Shown here in pieces: positions 16,907 to 27,181 of a stretch of DNA of 57,151 nucleotides. Positions within the stretch are counted from its first letter, which is position 1. The number at the start of each line of letters is the position of its first letter. Source of the stretch: a virus; IMG/VR virus record IMGVR_UViG_3300035211_000082, positions 1-57,151 of that record; one strand, given 5' to 3'. The notes beneath the pieces are model-generated. The model saw only the letters and a program-made list of their open reading frames with translations. It ran no database searches and was not told the DNA's origin. The position numbers and the translations under genes were made by a program.

Positions 16907-17885
16907 TAGATTTTTGCTCCTCTTCTATCTCTATAAGTTTTGCATATACTTCATTGACTTGAGCTTCGTTTAATTCATCTATTTCATCTTTATTTGTAAC
17001 TTCTTTAATTATTTTATTTAATTTGTTATCAGTTATTTTTAATTTTTTTTGATAAACTCTTAAAGATTTAACATAATCAGTATTATCTTTCTCTGCTGGA
17101 GTTTCTTGATTATCTTTCCTTTTGCCGGCCTCTCTTTTAGCCGACATCGTATCATCTTTTTTAGTTTTATCATTAATTACAAATTGCTTGAAATCGTTAA
17201 ATGTCTTAATTCCTTCTATAATTCCATCTGATTTGCTCAATCTAGTTTTAACAATATTTATATTTCTATCCTCTGTGATTTCTATAACAACATCAACTAA
17301 GCTTTCTAGTATTTCTAAGGCATCAACTTGAGTACCCACTGGCTGAGTCTTTCCATCACTTCCAGTTCCCCATACAATTTTTGACCTGGCAGTAAATATT
17401 ATATTGACATCTAATGCAATTATCTTGTCAAGTAATCTTCTTGTATTATCCCTTCTAAACGCATACCACTTAGATTTTTGTAATTGGTTTAACTGCATTA
17501 AGTTTTTACCAATTTTCTTCTCATATTGATTAAGCAATATTGATTCAATGTTATCTAATAGATCCGTAGCTGAATCTATTATTAACGTATTAACAATATT
17601 GTTATATACACCATCAGATATTTCTTTTATTATTTCTGTAGTCAATAAAGTTGCATTTGATATATCTTTAACATTTGAATCCTTTTTGCTTTTAGCAGCA
17701 GTCGAATGATCGACTGCTGCCCTATAAAAATCAAACTCATTAGAATACAGTGTAGTAGAATTTTCAAAATCTATTACAAGCGGTTTATCACTGTTCAATG
17801 CCCAACGACTTTTGCCTACGCCAGGCTTTCCCCAGATTAACACCTTTAATTTATAATCTTTTATCTCTGCTTTTTTAGCAATCAT
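16896..17885 (-). CDS. AAA_24/Sak4-like RecA-fold ATPase (recombination)
   Basis: 329 aa; Walker A KVLIWGKPGVGKS near the N-terminus, LIIDSATDL Walker B. Confidence 0.6.
   Translation of the reverse strand: MIAKKAEIKDYKLKVLIWGKPGVGKSRWALNSDKPLVIDFENSTTLYSNEFDFYRAAVDHSTAAKSKKDSNVKDISNATLLTTEIIKEISDGVYNNIVNTLIIDSATDLLDNIESILLNQYEKKIGKNLMQLNQLQKSKWYAFRRDNTRRLLDKIIALDVNIIFTARSKIVWGTGSDGKTQPVGTQVDALEILESLVDVVIEITEDRNINIVKTRLSKSDGIIEGIKTFNDFKQFVINDKTKKDDTMSAKREAGKRKDNQETPAEKDNTDYVKSLRVYQKKLKITDNKLNKIIKEVTNKDEIDELNEAQVNEVYAKLIEIEEEQKSNGK
17113..17128 (-). repeat. CCGGCAAA motif copy (inside CDS)
   Basis: rc ccggcaaaaggaaaga. Confidence 0.8.
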
Positions 17886-17917
17886 ATTCTCAATCCTCCA
17901 AAATATTTAATAATATA

Positions 17918-17946
17918 ATTATATATCATTGTAAAATAAAAGTCAA
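17918..17946 (-). promoter_or_regulatory. member of the conserved promoter family TTGACT-N17-TATAAT
   Basis: minus strand: ttgacttttattttacaatgatatataat. Confidence 0.6.
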
Positions 17947-17948
17947 TG

Positions 17949-17957
17949 TGTTATAAT
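17949..17957 (+). promoter_or_regulatory. divergent extended -10 box TGtTATAAT for 18000..18182
   Basis: aatgtgttataatt directly abutting the minus-strand -35. Confidence 0.4.
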
Positions 17958-17999
17958 TAATTTCACCAATAACTATTTGTTAGAAAGGAATTAAGTAAT

Positions 18000-18182
18000 A
18001 TGGATGAACACAATATAAACGTAAAAATAAGCCAAAAAAGTTATATAAAATTACAAGAGATTTTTTATGATTTGAAACAAATCAATAAAGGCATCAAAAT
18101 TAATGAGGTACTTGAACAGATAATTGAGTTTTCATATTCAAATTTAGATAAGTTAAAAGACTTGCCGGCAAAAGAAAAGTAA
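18000..18182 (+). CDS. hypothetical protein (60 aa)
   Basis: aaaggaattaagtaat ATG; the only plus-strand ORF here; motif copy at its 3' end. Confidence 0.45.
   Translation: MDEHNINVKISQKSYIKLQEIFYDLKQINKGIKINEVLEQIIEFSYSNLDKLKDLPAKEK
18165..18180 (+). repeat. CCGGCAAA motif copy (inside CDS)
   Basis: ccggcaaaagaaaagt. Confidence 0.8.
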
Positions 18183-18277
18183 GTTAAAATATAATTGAGA
18201 GTTATTAATTAACTCTCCCTTATGTGAATAAAAAAATAATAAACAAAATATATTAATCACCACAACGGTGATTTTTT

Positions 18278-18925
18278 TTACATTTTTTTTATTATTGCTT
18301 CAAAGCCTAATTCTTTTAGTTTGTCGGCTATATCTTGGGCGTTTTTTTTATCTTTAAAAGCCCCTACTTGAACCCTATACAATTTCTTATTATTGTCAAC
18401 ATTTATTATTTTTTTATCAAATATAGCCTTTCTAAAATAAGTATATGCACTATTATAACCAGCAATATTTAAATCAACATACATGGCTGGACATAGTTTT
18501 CTACTTGCATCATAATGACGTATTAAATTTTTAGTAAAATTATTTTCATGCAAATACTTGATATAGGCAATAGCATTTTCTTGAGTCTTTGCAAAGTCGC
18601 CATCTGCATTTACGCACATTTCTATAGATATTGTATTTTGATTCGAATAACCATACTTATTATGACCATCACCAATTGCCCAAGTATAATACTTATACCA
18701 GTTATTTACGCGCCAAATTGATTTGTCATCGATAAATACATCTGCTGAGGCATTTCGATTACCATTATTGAAATAATTAAAGTGTGCTTCTGCATCAGCG
18801 CCTTTTGAGCTATTGCCTGTATAATGGATAACTATTGCCTTGAAATTTGATTTCGATCTTGTTAACGCAGTGCGATTGTAGCTTATTTGCTTAATGTAAT
18901 ATGGTATTTTGTTTATTGTCTGCAT
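18278..18925 (-). CDS. endolysin: N-acetylmuramoyl-L-alanine amidase (Amidase_2/PGRP type) + SPOR domain
   Basis: AIVIHYTGN...ADAEAHFNYF...SIEMC...RHYD..RKLCP; C-term YRVQVGAFKDKKNAQDIADKLKELGFEAII = SPOR. Confidence 0.8.
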   Translation of the reverse strand: MQTINKIPYYIKQISYNRTALTRSKSNFKAIVIHYTGNSSKGADAEAHFNYFNNGNRNASADVFIDDKSIWRVNNWYKYYTWAIGDGHNKYGYSNQNTISIEMCVNADGDFAKTQENAIAYIKYLHENNFTKNLIRHYDASRKLCPAMYVDLNIAGYNSAYTYFRKAIFDKKIINVDNNKKLYRVQVGAFKDKKNAQDIADKLKELGFEAIIKKM

Positions 18926-19599
18926 GTTGTCACTCCTTTTAATTGTAATATTTCACCTAATTTCTTCTTTCTAGTTTCATAATCCATATCTAATTCTATC
19001 ATAATAGCATTTTTGCGCTGCATATCTTCGATTAAATTTATCTGCTCAATAGATAGATAATCTCTAATAGTCCTAACGTTTTCATCTATATTATGTTTTT
19101 GTTTAAATTGTTTTGCATTCATACCTAGAACAATTTTGTTGATCATGTTATACTCATTAGAGTAATGAAATGGCTTTATTTCTTTACCTTGAAGTTCTCT
19201 GTGACTTTTAATGGAATCTGTTAAATGGGTAGATTCCATTTTTAATTTCTGTCTTGATTTATAATATTCTTCGTATTGATTAAATTTGTTGATATAAGCT
19301 ATCTTGTATTTTAATGCTGTTTTTCCAGTAAAACCCATAGTTAATAAAACAAATCCGTCTCTATTCATTATATACATTTTGTCACTTCTACCTGACTTAT
19401 TTTTCTTAAAGGTCAGCGCAAAATTTCCTACATTTTCTCCCATTTCAGATAAGTTTTCAATCAAATTATCTATAGCTTTTAAAACATCTTTATGGCTTTT
19501 TGTAAAATTTTTAGCTATAGATTTAGAGTCGACAAGAAATTTATTTCCTTTATCAAATATTCCATATTCTTTTTTAATTATTTTTAATTCTTTATCCAT
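18913..19599 (-). CDS. Rha-family phage regulatory protein / antirepressor
   Basis: ggaggatatt ATG (MDKELKII...); SKSIAKNFTKSHKDVLKAIDNL...MYIMNRDGFVLLTMGFTGKTALKYKIAYI. Confidence 0.65.
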   Translation of the reverse strand: MDKELKIIKKEYGIFDKGNKFLVDSKSIAKNFTKSHKDVLKAIDNLIENLSEMGENVGNFALTFKKNKSGRSDKMYIMNRDGFVLLTMGFTGKTALKYKIAYINKFNQYEEYYKSRQKLKMESTHLTDSIKSHRELQGKEIKPFHYSNEYNMINKIVLGMNAKQFKQKHNIDENVRTIRDYLSIEQINLIEDMQRKNAIMIELDMDYETRKKKLGEILQLKGVTTCRQ

Positions 19600-19611
19600 A
19601 ATATCCTCCAA

Positions 19612-19735
19612 AATTAAAAGACTTTATAAATCCAAATTTCCCCACTCGAATTTATAAAGTCTTATACTATTTTTAAATAGTTTGTACTGGTGGGGAATCA
19701 ATGCAAACTATTTAACTCCCACCATTATATCATTT
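19612..19735 (-). promoter_or_regulatory. structured 5' leader, copy A (two hairpins with complementary loops)
   Basis: own promoter ttgatt-N17-tataat (rc of 19722-19750). Hairpins 19675-19713 and 19619-19662; loop gtggggaa (19690-97) complements loop ttccccac (19638-45). The proximal hairpin is followed by a U-run and the SD. Confidence 0.6.
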
Positions 19736-19753
19736 GAAATAAAAATAATCAAA

Positions 19754-20053
19754 CTACCCTTTTAACTGCTTAACCAACTCAATCAACCCATAAATGCACC
19801 CACTAACCCCACTAATCATTAATGCCAATTTCTTGTAAGACAAATTCTTATTATCATTTTCTCTCTTTTCAATTTTTTCAACATTGTGGTTACAGTCTTT
19901 TTTAGTAACATAATCTTTTTTAATTTCATTTATTATTTTGTTATTTTCTTTGACATCTGCTTGCAATATTTTCATATCATCTTTTATATCTTCTCTTAAA
20001 TTTTTTACATTATCATTTATGCTTTCTAGTAGTATTCTAGTTGATTCATCCAC
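19754..20053 (-). CDS. XhlA-like / holin-associated membrane protein (tentative)
   Basis: 99 aa; N-terminal coiled coil, single C-terminal TM LALMISGVSGCIYGLIELV; between tail fibre and lysin. Confidence 0.4.
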   Translation of the reverse strand: MDESTRILLESINDNVKNLREDIKDDMKILQADVKENNKIINEIKKDYVTKKDCNHNVEKIEKRENDNKNLSYKKLALMISGVSGCIYGLIELVKQLKG

Positions 20054-20082
20054 TGATACAACCTCCTATATGCCTTATTATA

Positions 20083-21807
20083 TTACCAAGTAACCGCTTT
20101 AGACCCATCTAGCTTCGTAACTTTCATATACGTCTCTTTTCTTACATAGACAGGATTTGACCCATCCGTATTGCGCTGATGAAATCTTGGCTGAAATGTT
20201 GCTCCAATATCTTCAACTCTAACGACCATTTTTATTACAGCATAGGCAACATTTATATCTGTTCCAAAATAAATTTCATCATCCAAAGCATCATACCCTG
20301 CAAACTTGCCTTCTTCTGCTGCACCAGGGTTTGTCGAATCAACCGCTGGTCCAATTGCACCGATGCCGCCATTTTGATTAAGTAGTTCAACTTTACTTGT
20401 ATTAAACGATACAGTAATATCTGGTGTTTCGGCTGCGCAATTGAAAAATAAATTAAGTTCAATTTCATACAATCCATGGCTTAAACCTAACTGACAATCA
20501 CTAATATTCACCCAGCTACTGTTATTAGACGATGATTCAACTGTTTCATTTTTTAACAATTTTGGAGTAGTCCACTCTTCTGTCAATAAATTTGTAGGCA
20601 AATGAGAAACTACAAAATCACTAACAAAAGAAAAATTAGAAGTATTCATACTTCCACAAATATATATACAACCTTCACTTCCTAAAACCGTTTCATAATC
20701 TAACGCAATTGTATAATTTAAGGTTTTTAAAATAACTCTTATGTATGTTCCATTTTTTTCTATTATAAGTCTTGCTTTACTAAATTTTTCAAGAGTATAT
20801 CCAAGCGCAAATGAATCGACATGACCACCTGACGCAAATATATATTCATCAATATACAACGTACCAGAAGTAACATAAACATCAATATAATTATTTGCAT
20901 CAACGCCCCATCTAAAATTTGAAAGTTCGTCCTCGACTGTTACATAATGCTCTATTTCACACACAAAGTCAGTAACATCACAATATACATGTAGTCCATA
21001 TTCCCATGTTCCTCCTCCTTTTTGTAATCCTATTTTGCCAAAAAACGGATCAAAATACTGATATATTTCAGCTTGCGGCTGAAATATTTCAATGTCCCAA
21101 TTGCCGTTTCCGTCATCTAATAGCCAGGGATGAGGAGCACCCCCACTAGCACGTACCATTGATAAAATGTCAAATATTACATAATCTCCTGATGCACCTG
21201 AAGTACTATTCCAGCCAACACTTATATATGTCATTGTGTCAGACCATGCAACAGTTCCGGATGTGTTAAACCCAGATTTTGTTAAATATGCAGATTGATA
21301 ACCTGTTGAAATTCCGCTTGAAAATGTAAAATAAAAATAATTACTTGTGTCTTTTCCTACCCTAACGGTTATACTAGATACCTTGCTAGAATCATTGCAA
21401 TAAAATAACAAATAAAAATAATCGCTTGTAGATGATGAGTCATCTGAATTTAGAAAATCATTAACACTCAAACTAAAATCTGCCCTATATATTCTGAGCC
21501 ATCCAGATGCTGCATCGTCATCCGCTATTTTTACACTGCTTTTGCCAACTCGATTATATGTGCTATCGTCTGTAGCTGTACCATCTGTAAGAGTCCAATC
21601 GTCTTTATTTTCAAAGGTGCTAATCAACTGAGTACTTCTAGTTGTAAAATAATCTTTATATTCAGAAAAGCTAATAGCTTGACTTCGCCTACACTCTTCA
21701 TCAAGCTGACCTATTTTTGTTTCTCTTGCATTTAGAGTAGTAGCATTTATACTCTCTCCACTGCCATTTGTCCATGTTTTTTCTGTAAAATTTCCAAATT
21801 CAGCCAT
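20083..21807 (-). CDS. tail fibre / receptor-binding protein
   Basis: 574 aa; N-term TWTNGSGESINATTLNARETKIGQL, typical of Firmicute phage fibre N-termini; last large gene of the tail module. Confidence 0.55.
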   Translation of the reverse strand: MAEFGNFTEKTWTNGSGESINATTLNARETKIGQLDEECRRSQAISFSEYKDYFTTRSTQLISTFENKDDWTLTDGTATDDSTYNRVGKSSVKIADDDAASGWLRIYRADFSLSVNDFLNSDDSSSTSDYFYLLFYCNDSSKVSSITVRVGKDTSNYFYFTFSSGISTGYQSAYLTKSGFNTSGTVAWSDTMTYISVGWNSTSGASGDYVIFDILSMVRASGGAPHPWLLDDGNGNWDIEIFQPQAEIYQYFDPFFGKIGLQKGGGTWEYGLHVYCDVTDFVCEIEHYVTVEDELSNFRWGVDANNYIDVYVTSGTLYIDEYIFASGGHVDSFALGYTLEKFSKARLIIEKNGTYIRVILKTLNYTIALDYETVLGSEGCIYICGSMNTSNFSFVSDFVVSHLPTNLLTEEWTTPKLLKNETVESSSNNSSWVNISDCQLGLSHGLYEIELNLFFNCAAETPDITVSFNTSKVELLNQNGGIGAIGPAVDSTNPGAAEEGKFAGYDALDDEIYFGTDINVAYAVIKMVVRVEDIGATFQPRFHQRNTDGSNPVYVRKETYMKVTKLDGSKAVTW

Positions 21808-21818
21808 TAAATCACATC

Positions 21819-22175
21819 CTATCCCTTAGGGTTAAAAGTTTTTCTTGCTCCAGCATTAAATGGATTAGTGCAAGAACTATTTTTTTTTATAGCTTTTTTA
21901 GGTACTTTTGTCATACTTATTATTAATCTATATACTTTCTTTTTACCTTTTTCTTTAAGTGTTTTCTTGTTTCCTTCTTCGTCTTCAACTTGCACATCAA
22001 TTAAATCTTCAACCTCTACTTCTTTTCCTTCTGCACTTTCGATTTTAATAAAATTACCTTCTTTAACCATTTCAAGTATTGAAAGGCCCACCGTTCCTAA
22101 AGCATTTTTTTTAAAATTTTCATCTAAAGTTTTATCTTTCAAATCAAATTCTTGCACATATTTATCAAAATACAT
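21819..22175 (-). CDS. hypothetical tail-module protein (118 aa)
   Basis: position only. Confidence 0.45.
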   Translation of the reverse strand: MYFDKYVQEFDLKDKTLDENFKKNALGTVGLSILEMVKEGNFIKIESAEGKEVEVEDLIDVQVEDEEGNKKTLKEKGKKKVYRLIISMTKVPKKAIKKNSSCTNPFNAGARKTFNPKG

Positions 22176-22183
22176 TTATATCA

Positions 22184-22199
22184 TCCTTTCGTTTGCCGG
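22184..22199 (-). repeat. CCGGCAAA motif copy
   Basis: rc ccggcaaacgaaagga; between 22175 start and 22218 stop. Confidence 0.8.
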
Positions 22200-22217
22200 C
22201 ATAAGTTTAATCTATGC

Positions 22218-22664
22218 CTATTGACTTATTGTTATTGTATATTGTATCAAAAGTTCCTCTGATGCAGATTTGTCATAATCCCATAATACATGTGATATTA
22301 AGACACCAGTGTCTGCGTATTGACTAGCTGTATTTCCGCCAAATATACCGACTTCTTCGATAGTAGTTACACCAGCGTCTGTAATATAAAAATCTATAGT
22401 AACAACACCGCTTGAAGGATTTGCTCTTGCAACATACGGACTCCTATGTACTTCAGTGCCTAATGTTTTATCCGTTGCTGCTACCGCTGTATTATCTGTC
22501 CCAACCGCACAATATTTTATAATATTGCTTACTGAATAAGTCCCAATAAATGACAATGCCGTATTGTTTAAACATGCATTAGTTATTATATTTTTTCTAA
22601 ACCCTACTATTTTTTTGTGTCTAGTTTTTTTGTCTATGCTAAAGAATTTATATGTCCCTAGCAC
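22218..22664 (-). CDS. tail-module structural protein (148 aa)
   Basis: position only. Confidence 0.45.
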   Translation of the reverse strand: MLGTYKFFSIDKKTRHKKIVGFRKNIITNACLNNTALSFIGTYSVSNIIKYCAVGTDNTAVAATDKTLGTEVHRSPYVARANPSSGVVTIDFYITDAGVTTIEEVGIFGGNTASQYADTGVLISHVLWDYDKSASEELLIQYTITISQ

Positions 22665-22701
22665 TTTGGGATTGCTATTAATATTTATTTTAAATCACCT
22701 C

Positions 22702-24159
22702 TCAATCGCTTACGCTGTCGGTATCATTTACGGCGCCTGGATATAATGAAGTACTCGGATATAAATCAGTATCTGGAAATAGAGGGTCCAGCAAAGTAAA
22801 AGCATACTCGCCATCCTGGTCGAATGTTTCGCTTACGTCTTTCAAATATATCAATATCTCAGTTTCTTCTACATCAATGCGATCAGGCTTTAATAAGTTC
22901 TTAAAAAATTCTTCCCATCCACCGAGTGCAGCCCCATCTAATACAGTATAATTATAATTTATATCATCAAGTCCGCGCGGTGTCCATGTGCAGCCTTCAA
23001 CTAAGACTTGCTCATCATAATTCCAAGGATTACTTTTTGTCAATTGAAACAATTCTCCAACATTGTAATCTTTTTGTTGCAATGTAAATGTAAATTTATC
23101 AGCATCATTTGCATATTTACTAAGTAACTGTACTCCGTATTGCAAGGCATCTACAGCACTAAATAATTTAGAATTTTCTATATAATTTGAATGTGTAAAC
23201 CCTCTGTTTGCAATTTCTGCCTGATTTGCAACAACTACAAATAGAGGTATTAATCCGTAATAAGTGGCTCTTATGTATCCACCTGTGTTTAGTGCCGCCA
23301 AAGTATCACCGTCTTGCGTAATTTGTGTCGATCCATAACTCCAGTAGAATTGCTTACCTTCATGTAGTCCCTTAACTCCAACTGCAGCTTCTGTCCAGTT
23401 TCCTGCAGCTGGCTTGTATTCAATAAATGGATCTTTAGCTATTGGAAATTGTGTAAAAAACTCCAATGTTTCGCCATCGCATGATGGAGACAATATTTTT
23501 TCACTTTGTTCTACTGTAATTTTTTTATTGCCTTTAAGATACAATTTATTATAATAGTTTTCTCCAGACTTTTGTCTTTTTAGGCCTTTCTCGTTCGCTA
23601 AACTTGTACTACTTATTGTTCTACCAGTCCCACTTAAATCTATAAAATGTAATTGCTTGTCTTTGTCAACCCACCAAATAATATTGCCAAAACTTTTCAA
23701 ATGATCTAAAGCTTCGGACCCTTTCATATAATTTATTATTACAACATTAATTTCTATATCTGCATCAATTGTTCCAGCTGTTATTCCAGAATCTGTAAAA
23801 TCATTAGTTATTAATTCATTTACAATATTTTCTAAAGTATAATCATCGTAAGCACCTTTTATTATATGTCTGTCTAGCAATGCGGCATAATCCTCGCACT
23901 TTATAGTATGCCATAATGATCCTTTTTCGACTTCTTCTGAATCTGAATTTATTATAACACCGCCCCACAGAAGAGCAGTATCTTCATATAAACCAATTTC
24001 GACACCGTACTCTATCGTAGTACTATTGTCATCTACAATTACGCAATCCAGCGTTCCTCTCGCGTTAAGCCTTTCATTAATACTCCAACTGTCTTTTTGT
24101 ATCTTTATTTCTGTATCTAAAATTCCGTCTCCATTAGTATCAACCTTAAAATATCTCAA
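22702..24159 (-). CDS. distal tail / baseplate-hub-like protein
   Basis: 485 aa, immediately downstream of the tape measure. Confidence 0.5.
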   Translation of the reverse strand: MRYFKVDTNGDGILDTEIKIQKDSWSINERLNARGTLDCVIVDDNSTTIEYGVEIGLYEDTALLWGGVIINSDSEEVEKGSLWHTIKCEDYAALLDRHIIKGAYDDYTLENIVNELITNDFTDSGITAGTIDADIEINVVIINYMKGSEALDHLKSFGNIIWWVDKDKQLHFIDLSGTGRTISSTSLANEKGLKRQKSGENYYNKLYLKGNKKITVEQSEKILSPSCDGETLEFFTQFPIAKDPFIEYKPAAGNWTEAAVGVKGLHEGKQFYWSYGSTQITQDGDTLAALNTGGYIRATYYGLIPLFVVVANQAEIANRGFTHSNYIENSKLFSAVDALQYGVQLLSKYANDADKFTFTLQQKDYNVGELFQLTKSNPWNYDEQVLVEGCTWTPRGLDDINYNYTVLDGAALGGWEEFFKNLLKPDRIDVEETEILIYLKDVSETFDQDGEYAFTLLDPLFPDTDLYPSTSLYPGAVNDTDSVSD

Positions 24160-24163
24160 CTTA

Positions 24164-27100
24164 TCACCCCTTTTGAGGCCTTATACCATATGTTTGCAAT
24201 GCCCCAACAACGGCGCGGCCTATTTCATCCGTAGACATTCTAGCACCATTTATATTAATTATAGCATTATTATTATTTACTGTACCACCGCCTCCAGGAT
24301 ATATATTTCCTTTTGCGGGCACGAAATTTATCTCTGTTGCCAATTTTGCGGTAATGTTATTTAAATTAGTAGATAAGTCTGCTATTATTTCTTGCAATTT
24401 TGGTTTCCTCTCTTTTAGTCCTTTTACAATTGTATTTATAAAAGCTGGACCAGTTCTATCTAAATCTTTTAAAGGCCCTTCTTTAGCTGGACTAAAAGGA
24501 AGTAAATTTCTAATAGATGCTATTATTTTTTTTACTTCTTTTATTGGCACGTTAGCAACAGCCTTTATACCATCTACTAATGACTGAATCGCATTCTTTC
24601 CAGCAGAATAAAGCTTAGAACCTATACCTCTAACCTTACTAACTATTCCAGACATTGCTTTTCCTACAGCTGACCTAGCAGAATTTAATTTACTTCTAAT
24701 TATACTTACAACTTTACTAAAGATAGATGACACCTTTGAATAAATACTACTTGCAACTGATGATATTTTAGATTTAATAGCATTCCAGATTGACGAGGCT
24801 GCTGATTTTATTGCATTAAAACGTGCTTTAGCTTTGCTATATAAATTTACAAAATAATTAACAACTTTTGAAATTAAACTTTTTACTACTGATGTTACCG
24901 CAGACCTAATTGCATTAAATATTGCTTTCGCTTTATCATAAAGAAATTTTACATAGCTCACTGGTTTACTTATCAATTTTTTAAACCAATTTATAACACC
25001 ATTTATTAAATCTGGAATTATACTACCACCAACAACAGCCATATACACACTCTTAAAAAAATCTATAATTGATGTTACAAAACTTGAGACAAAATCAATA
25101 ATTGCTGTAATACCATTTACAAAAAATCCTTTTACATTTTCCCAAAGCGCCTTTGCACTATCTTGTAGCATAGTCCAATTTCCTGTAAATAATCCAATAA
25201 TTAACCCAATAGCTATTCCAATTATACTTTGTATTATGCCAAACACATTTGCAATCATAGCAACAATATTATCTATTGCTGCTATAAAACCATTTAGTCC
25301 ACCAATCGCTATTCCTACTGCAACCGTTATAACAGTTATTAATATTGTTCCTAACAATTTTAGAATTGGCATTAATGGTTGCACAGCTGTTTTTAAATTA
25401 CTAAAAGCTGAAACTATTGCACTAAAATCAAATTTTGATAAGCTTTTTCCTATGCTATCTTTTACTGTTCCTAAAATATTCATAACTTTAGAACCAAATT
25501 TTATCAATGCATCGCGAATATTTATAACCTTTTGTCTAAATGTTACAAATTTTAAAATAATATCATCGATAGTTTTAGCGTGATTAGGGAACATATTTTT
25601 TAATGCATTTTTCATTGATTCAAAGCTGCTATCAAAATTACCACTTGTCAGAAAATTAAAAAACCCTTGAAACACAGTCTTAATGTCGTCTATATGTGTT
25701 TTAATAAATGATATTGCTCCGCCAACTTTTTCTTTAATTGAATTGAACACATTGCCTATCCCGTTTCTAACATCTTTACTTGATAATAATAATGCCGCTA
25801 ATGCTGGTATTAATAGAGCTAAAGCGCCAACAACTGCAATAACCGGAGCGCCAATTGCAGATATTACTGGCGCTAATGCCGCCCATAATATAATAATATT
25901 TGAAACTAAACTACCAAGTCCAGCAAAGACCAAAAGTAGCGGGCCTATAGCCGCTGCAATCGCCGCAATAATTCCAACCATAATTTTACCGCCATTACCC
26001 ATGCCATTAAATCCTTCAGCCAGTTTCATGAGCCAGCTCAATCCTTGTTTTAAATATGGCAAAAATGCTGTGCCTATGCTAATTGCTATGCCTTCAATAG
26101 CAGATTTAAATTTAGTCCATTGACCTAACAAGTTATCCTGCATAGTCTTTGCCATGCCAGATAAAGCGCCTTCTGAGTCATATAATTTTTTAGTAACATC
26201 TGATAATTCTTTGCTCTGCCCATTTAACAAAGCATTTAGCTCCTTAGTCCTTGTTTTACCGCCAATCATCTGTATGTATGTATTTCTTTGAGCATCAGTC
26301 ATGCCGTCAAACTTTTGGTTCATTTCTCCTAATATTTTTGTCATTCCTCTAAACTTGCCATTACCGTCATATATTTCAATTCCTAGTTCACCCATTGCTT
26401 CTCCTGCGCGGCCTGTTCCAGTCGTTAAATTATTCATGATTGAAATCAAGGCGTTGCCAGCCTCACTACCCTTATATCCTCTATTTGCCAGTACAGATAA
26501 CAATCCGCCAGCCTCTTCAAGCGGAACATTAAACATTTTAAAGCTCCCACCAGCTGTAACCATTGCTTCTAAAAATTGTTGCATACTTTGATTACTGCTG
26601 TTTTGAGCTTTTGCTCCGATATCAAGATATCTATTTAAATCTTTAGTTTCTATCCCAAGCGCTGACATACTATCAGTTACTAAATCTGAGGTTAAACCAA
26701 GATCCATCATGCCTGCCTCAGAAGCTCTTAGCACAGGTTCAAGCCCCTCCTGTATTTGGCGGGTTGTCCATCCCGCAAGGCCCATGTATTCTATTGCCTG
26801 AGCTGACTCAGTTGCTGTTTTAGTTGTCTTGCTGCCCATCTCTAAAGCTAAGTTTTTCAATGTTGTAAAATCTTTGCCTGTAGCTCCTGTAACAGCTCTT
26901 ACCCTAGACATGCCTTGTTCAAACGTGGCAGCTGTTGCAATAGAACCCGTTGCAACTTTAACTAAATTTTTAGTAACATAATTTGTAAGATTACGTCCAA
27001 CATTGCCTAATGACTGACTTACTTGTTGCAGTCCCTGTCCTAGTGCTAATGATTTAGTCGCACTGTTGCTAGCTTGTCTTGCATAATCCCTAATTACGTC

Positions 27101-27181
27101 ACGTATTGACCTAAGTTGTTGCTCTGTATTTCGTCCACCTTGTTGGCTAATCCTTAAAATTAGTTCTTCTACTGATGCCAT
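24164..27181 (-). CDS. tail tape measure protein
   Basis: 1005 aa; N-terminal helical TP901-type core (GSKTTKTATESAQAIEYMGLAGW), central Gly/Ala/Ile-rich TM-like block, long helical repeats. Confidence 0.85.
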   Translation of the reverse strand: MASVEELILRISQQGGRNTEQQLRSIRDVIRDYARQASNSATKSLALGQGLQQVSQSLGNVGRNLTNYVTKNLVKVATGSIATAATFEQGMSRVRAVTGATGKDFTTLKNLALEMGSKTTKTATESAQAIEYMGLAGWTTRQIQEGLEPVLRASEAGMMDLGLTSDLVTDSMSALGIETKDLNRYLDIGAKAQNSSNQSMQQFLEAMVTAGGSFKMFNVPLEEAGGLLSVLANRGYKGSEAGNALISIMNNLTTGTGRAGEAMGELGIEIYDGNGKFRGMTKILGEMNQKFDGMTDAQRNTYIQMIGGKTRTKELNALLNGQSKELSDVTKKLYDSEGALSGMAKTMQDNLLGQWTKFKSAIEGIAISIGTAFLPYLKQGLSWLMKLAEGFNGMGNGGKIMVGIIAAIAAAIGPLLLVFAGLGSLVSNIIILWAALAPVISAIGAPVIAVVGALALLIPALAALLLSSKDVRNGIGNVFNSIKEKVGGAISFIKTHIDDIKTVFQGFFNFLTSGNFDSSFESMKNALKNMFPNHAKTIDDIILKFVTFRQKVINIRDALIKFGSKVMNILGTVKDSIGKSLSKFDFSAIVSAFSNLKTAVQPLMPILKLLGTILITVITVAVGIAIGGLNGFIAAIDNIVAMIANVFGIIQSIIGIAIGLIIGLFTGNWTMLQDSAKALWENVKGFFVNGITAIIDFVSSFVTSIIDFFKSVYMAVVGGSIIPDLINGVINWFKKLISKPVSYVKFLYDKAKAIFNAIRSAVTSVVKSLISKVVNYFVNLYSKAKARFNAIKSAASSIWNAIKSKISSVASSIYSKVSSIFSKVVSIIRSKLNSARSAVGKAMSGIVSKVRGIGSKLYSAGKNAIQSLVDGIKAVANVPIKEVKKIIASIRNLLPFSPAKEGPLKDLDRTGPAFINTIVKGLKERKPKLQEIIADLSTNLNNITAKLATEINFVPAKGNIYPGGGGTVNNNNAIININGARMSTDEIGRAVVGALQTYGIRPQKG

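Noticed and set aside
24354-26591. Plus-strand ORFs 24354-24587, 25236-25583, 25683-26123, 26301-26591 (also 32600-34576, 36057-36836, 38160-38797, 13165-13638, 9740-10057, 1919-2188, 41987-42256, 51803-52021, 53958-54149, 55142-55432 and others)
   Set aside because: All are antisense to long, well-supported genes. They lack SDs and have low-complexity Ile/Leu/Phe/Ser-rich translations typical of the opposite strand of AT-rich coding DNA.
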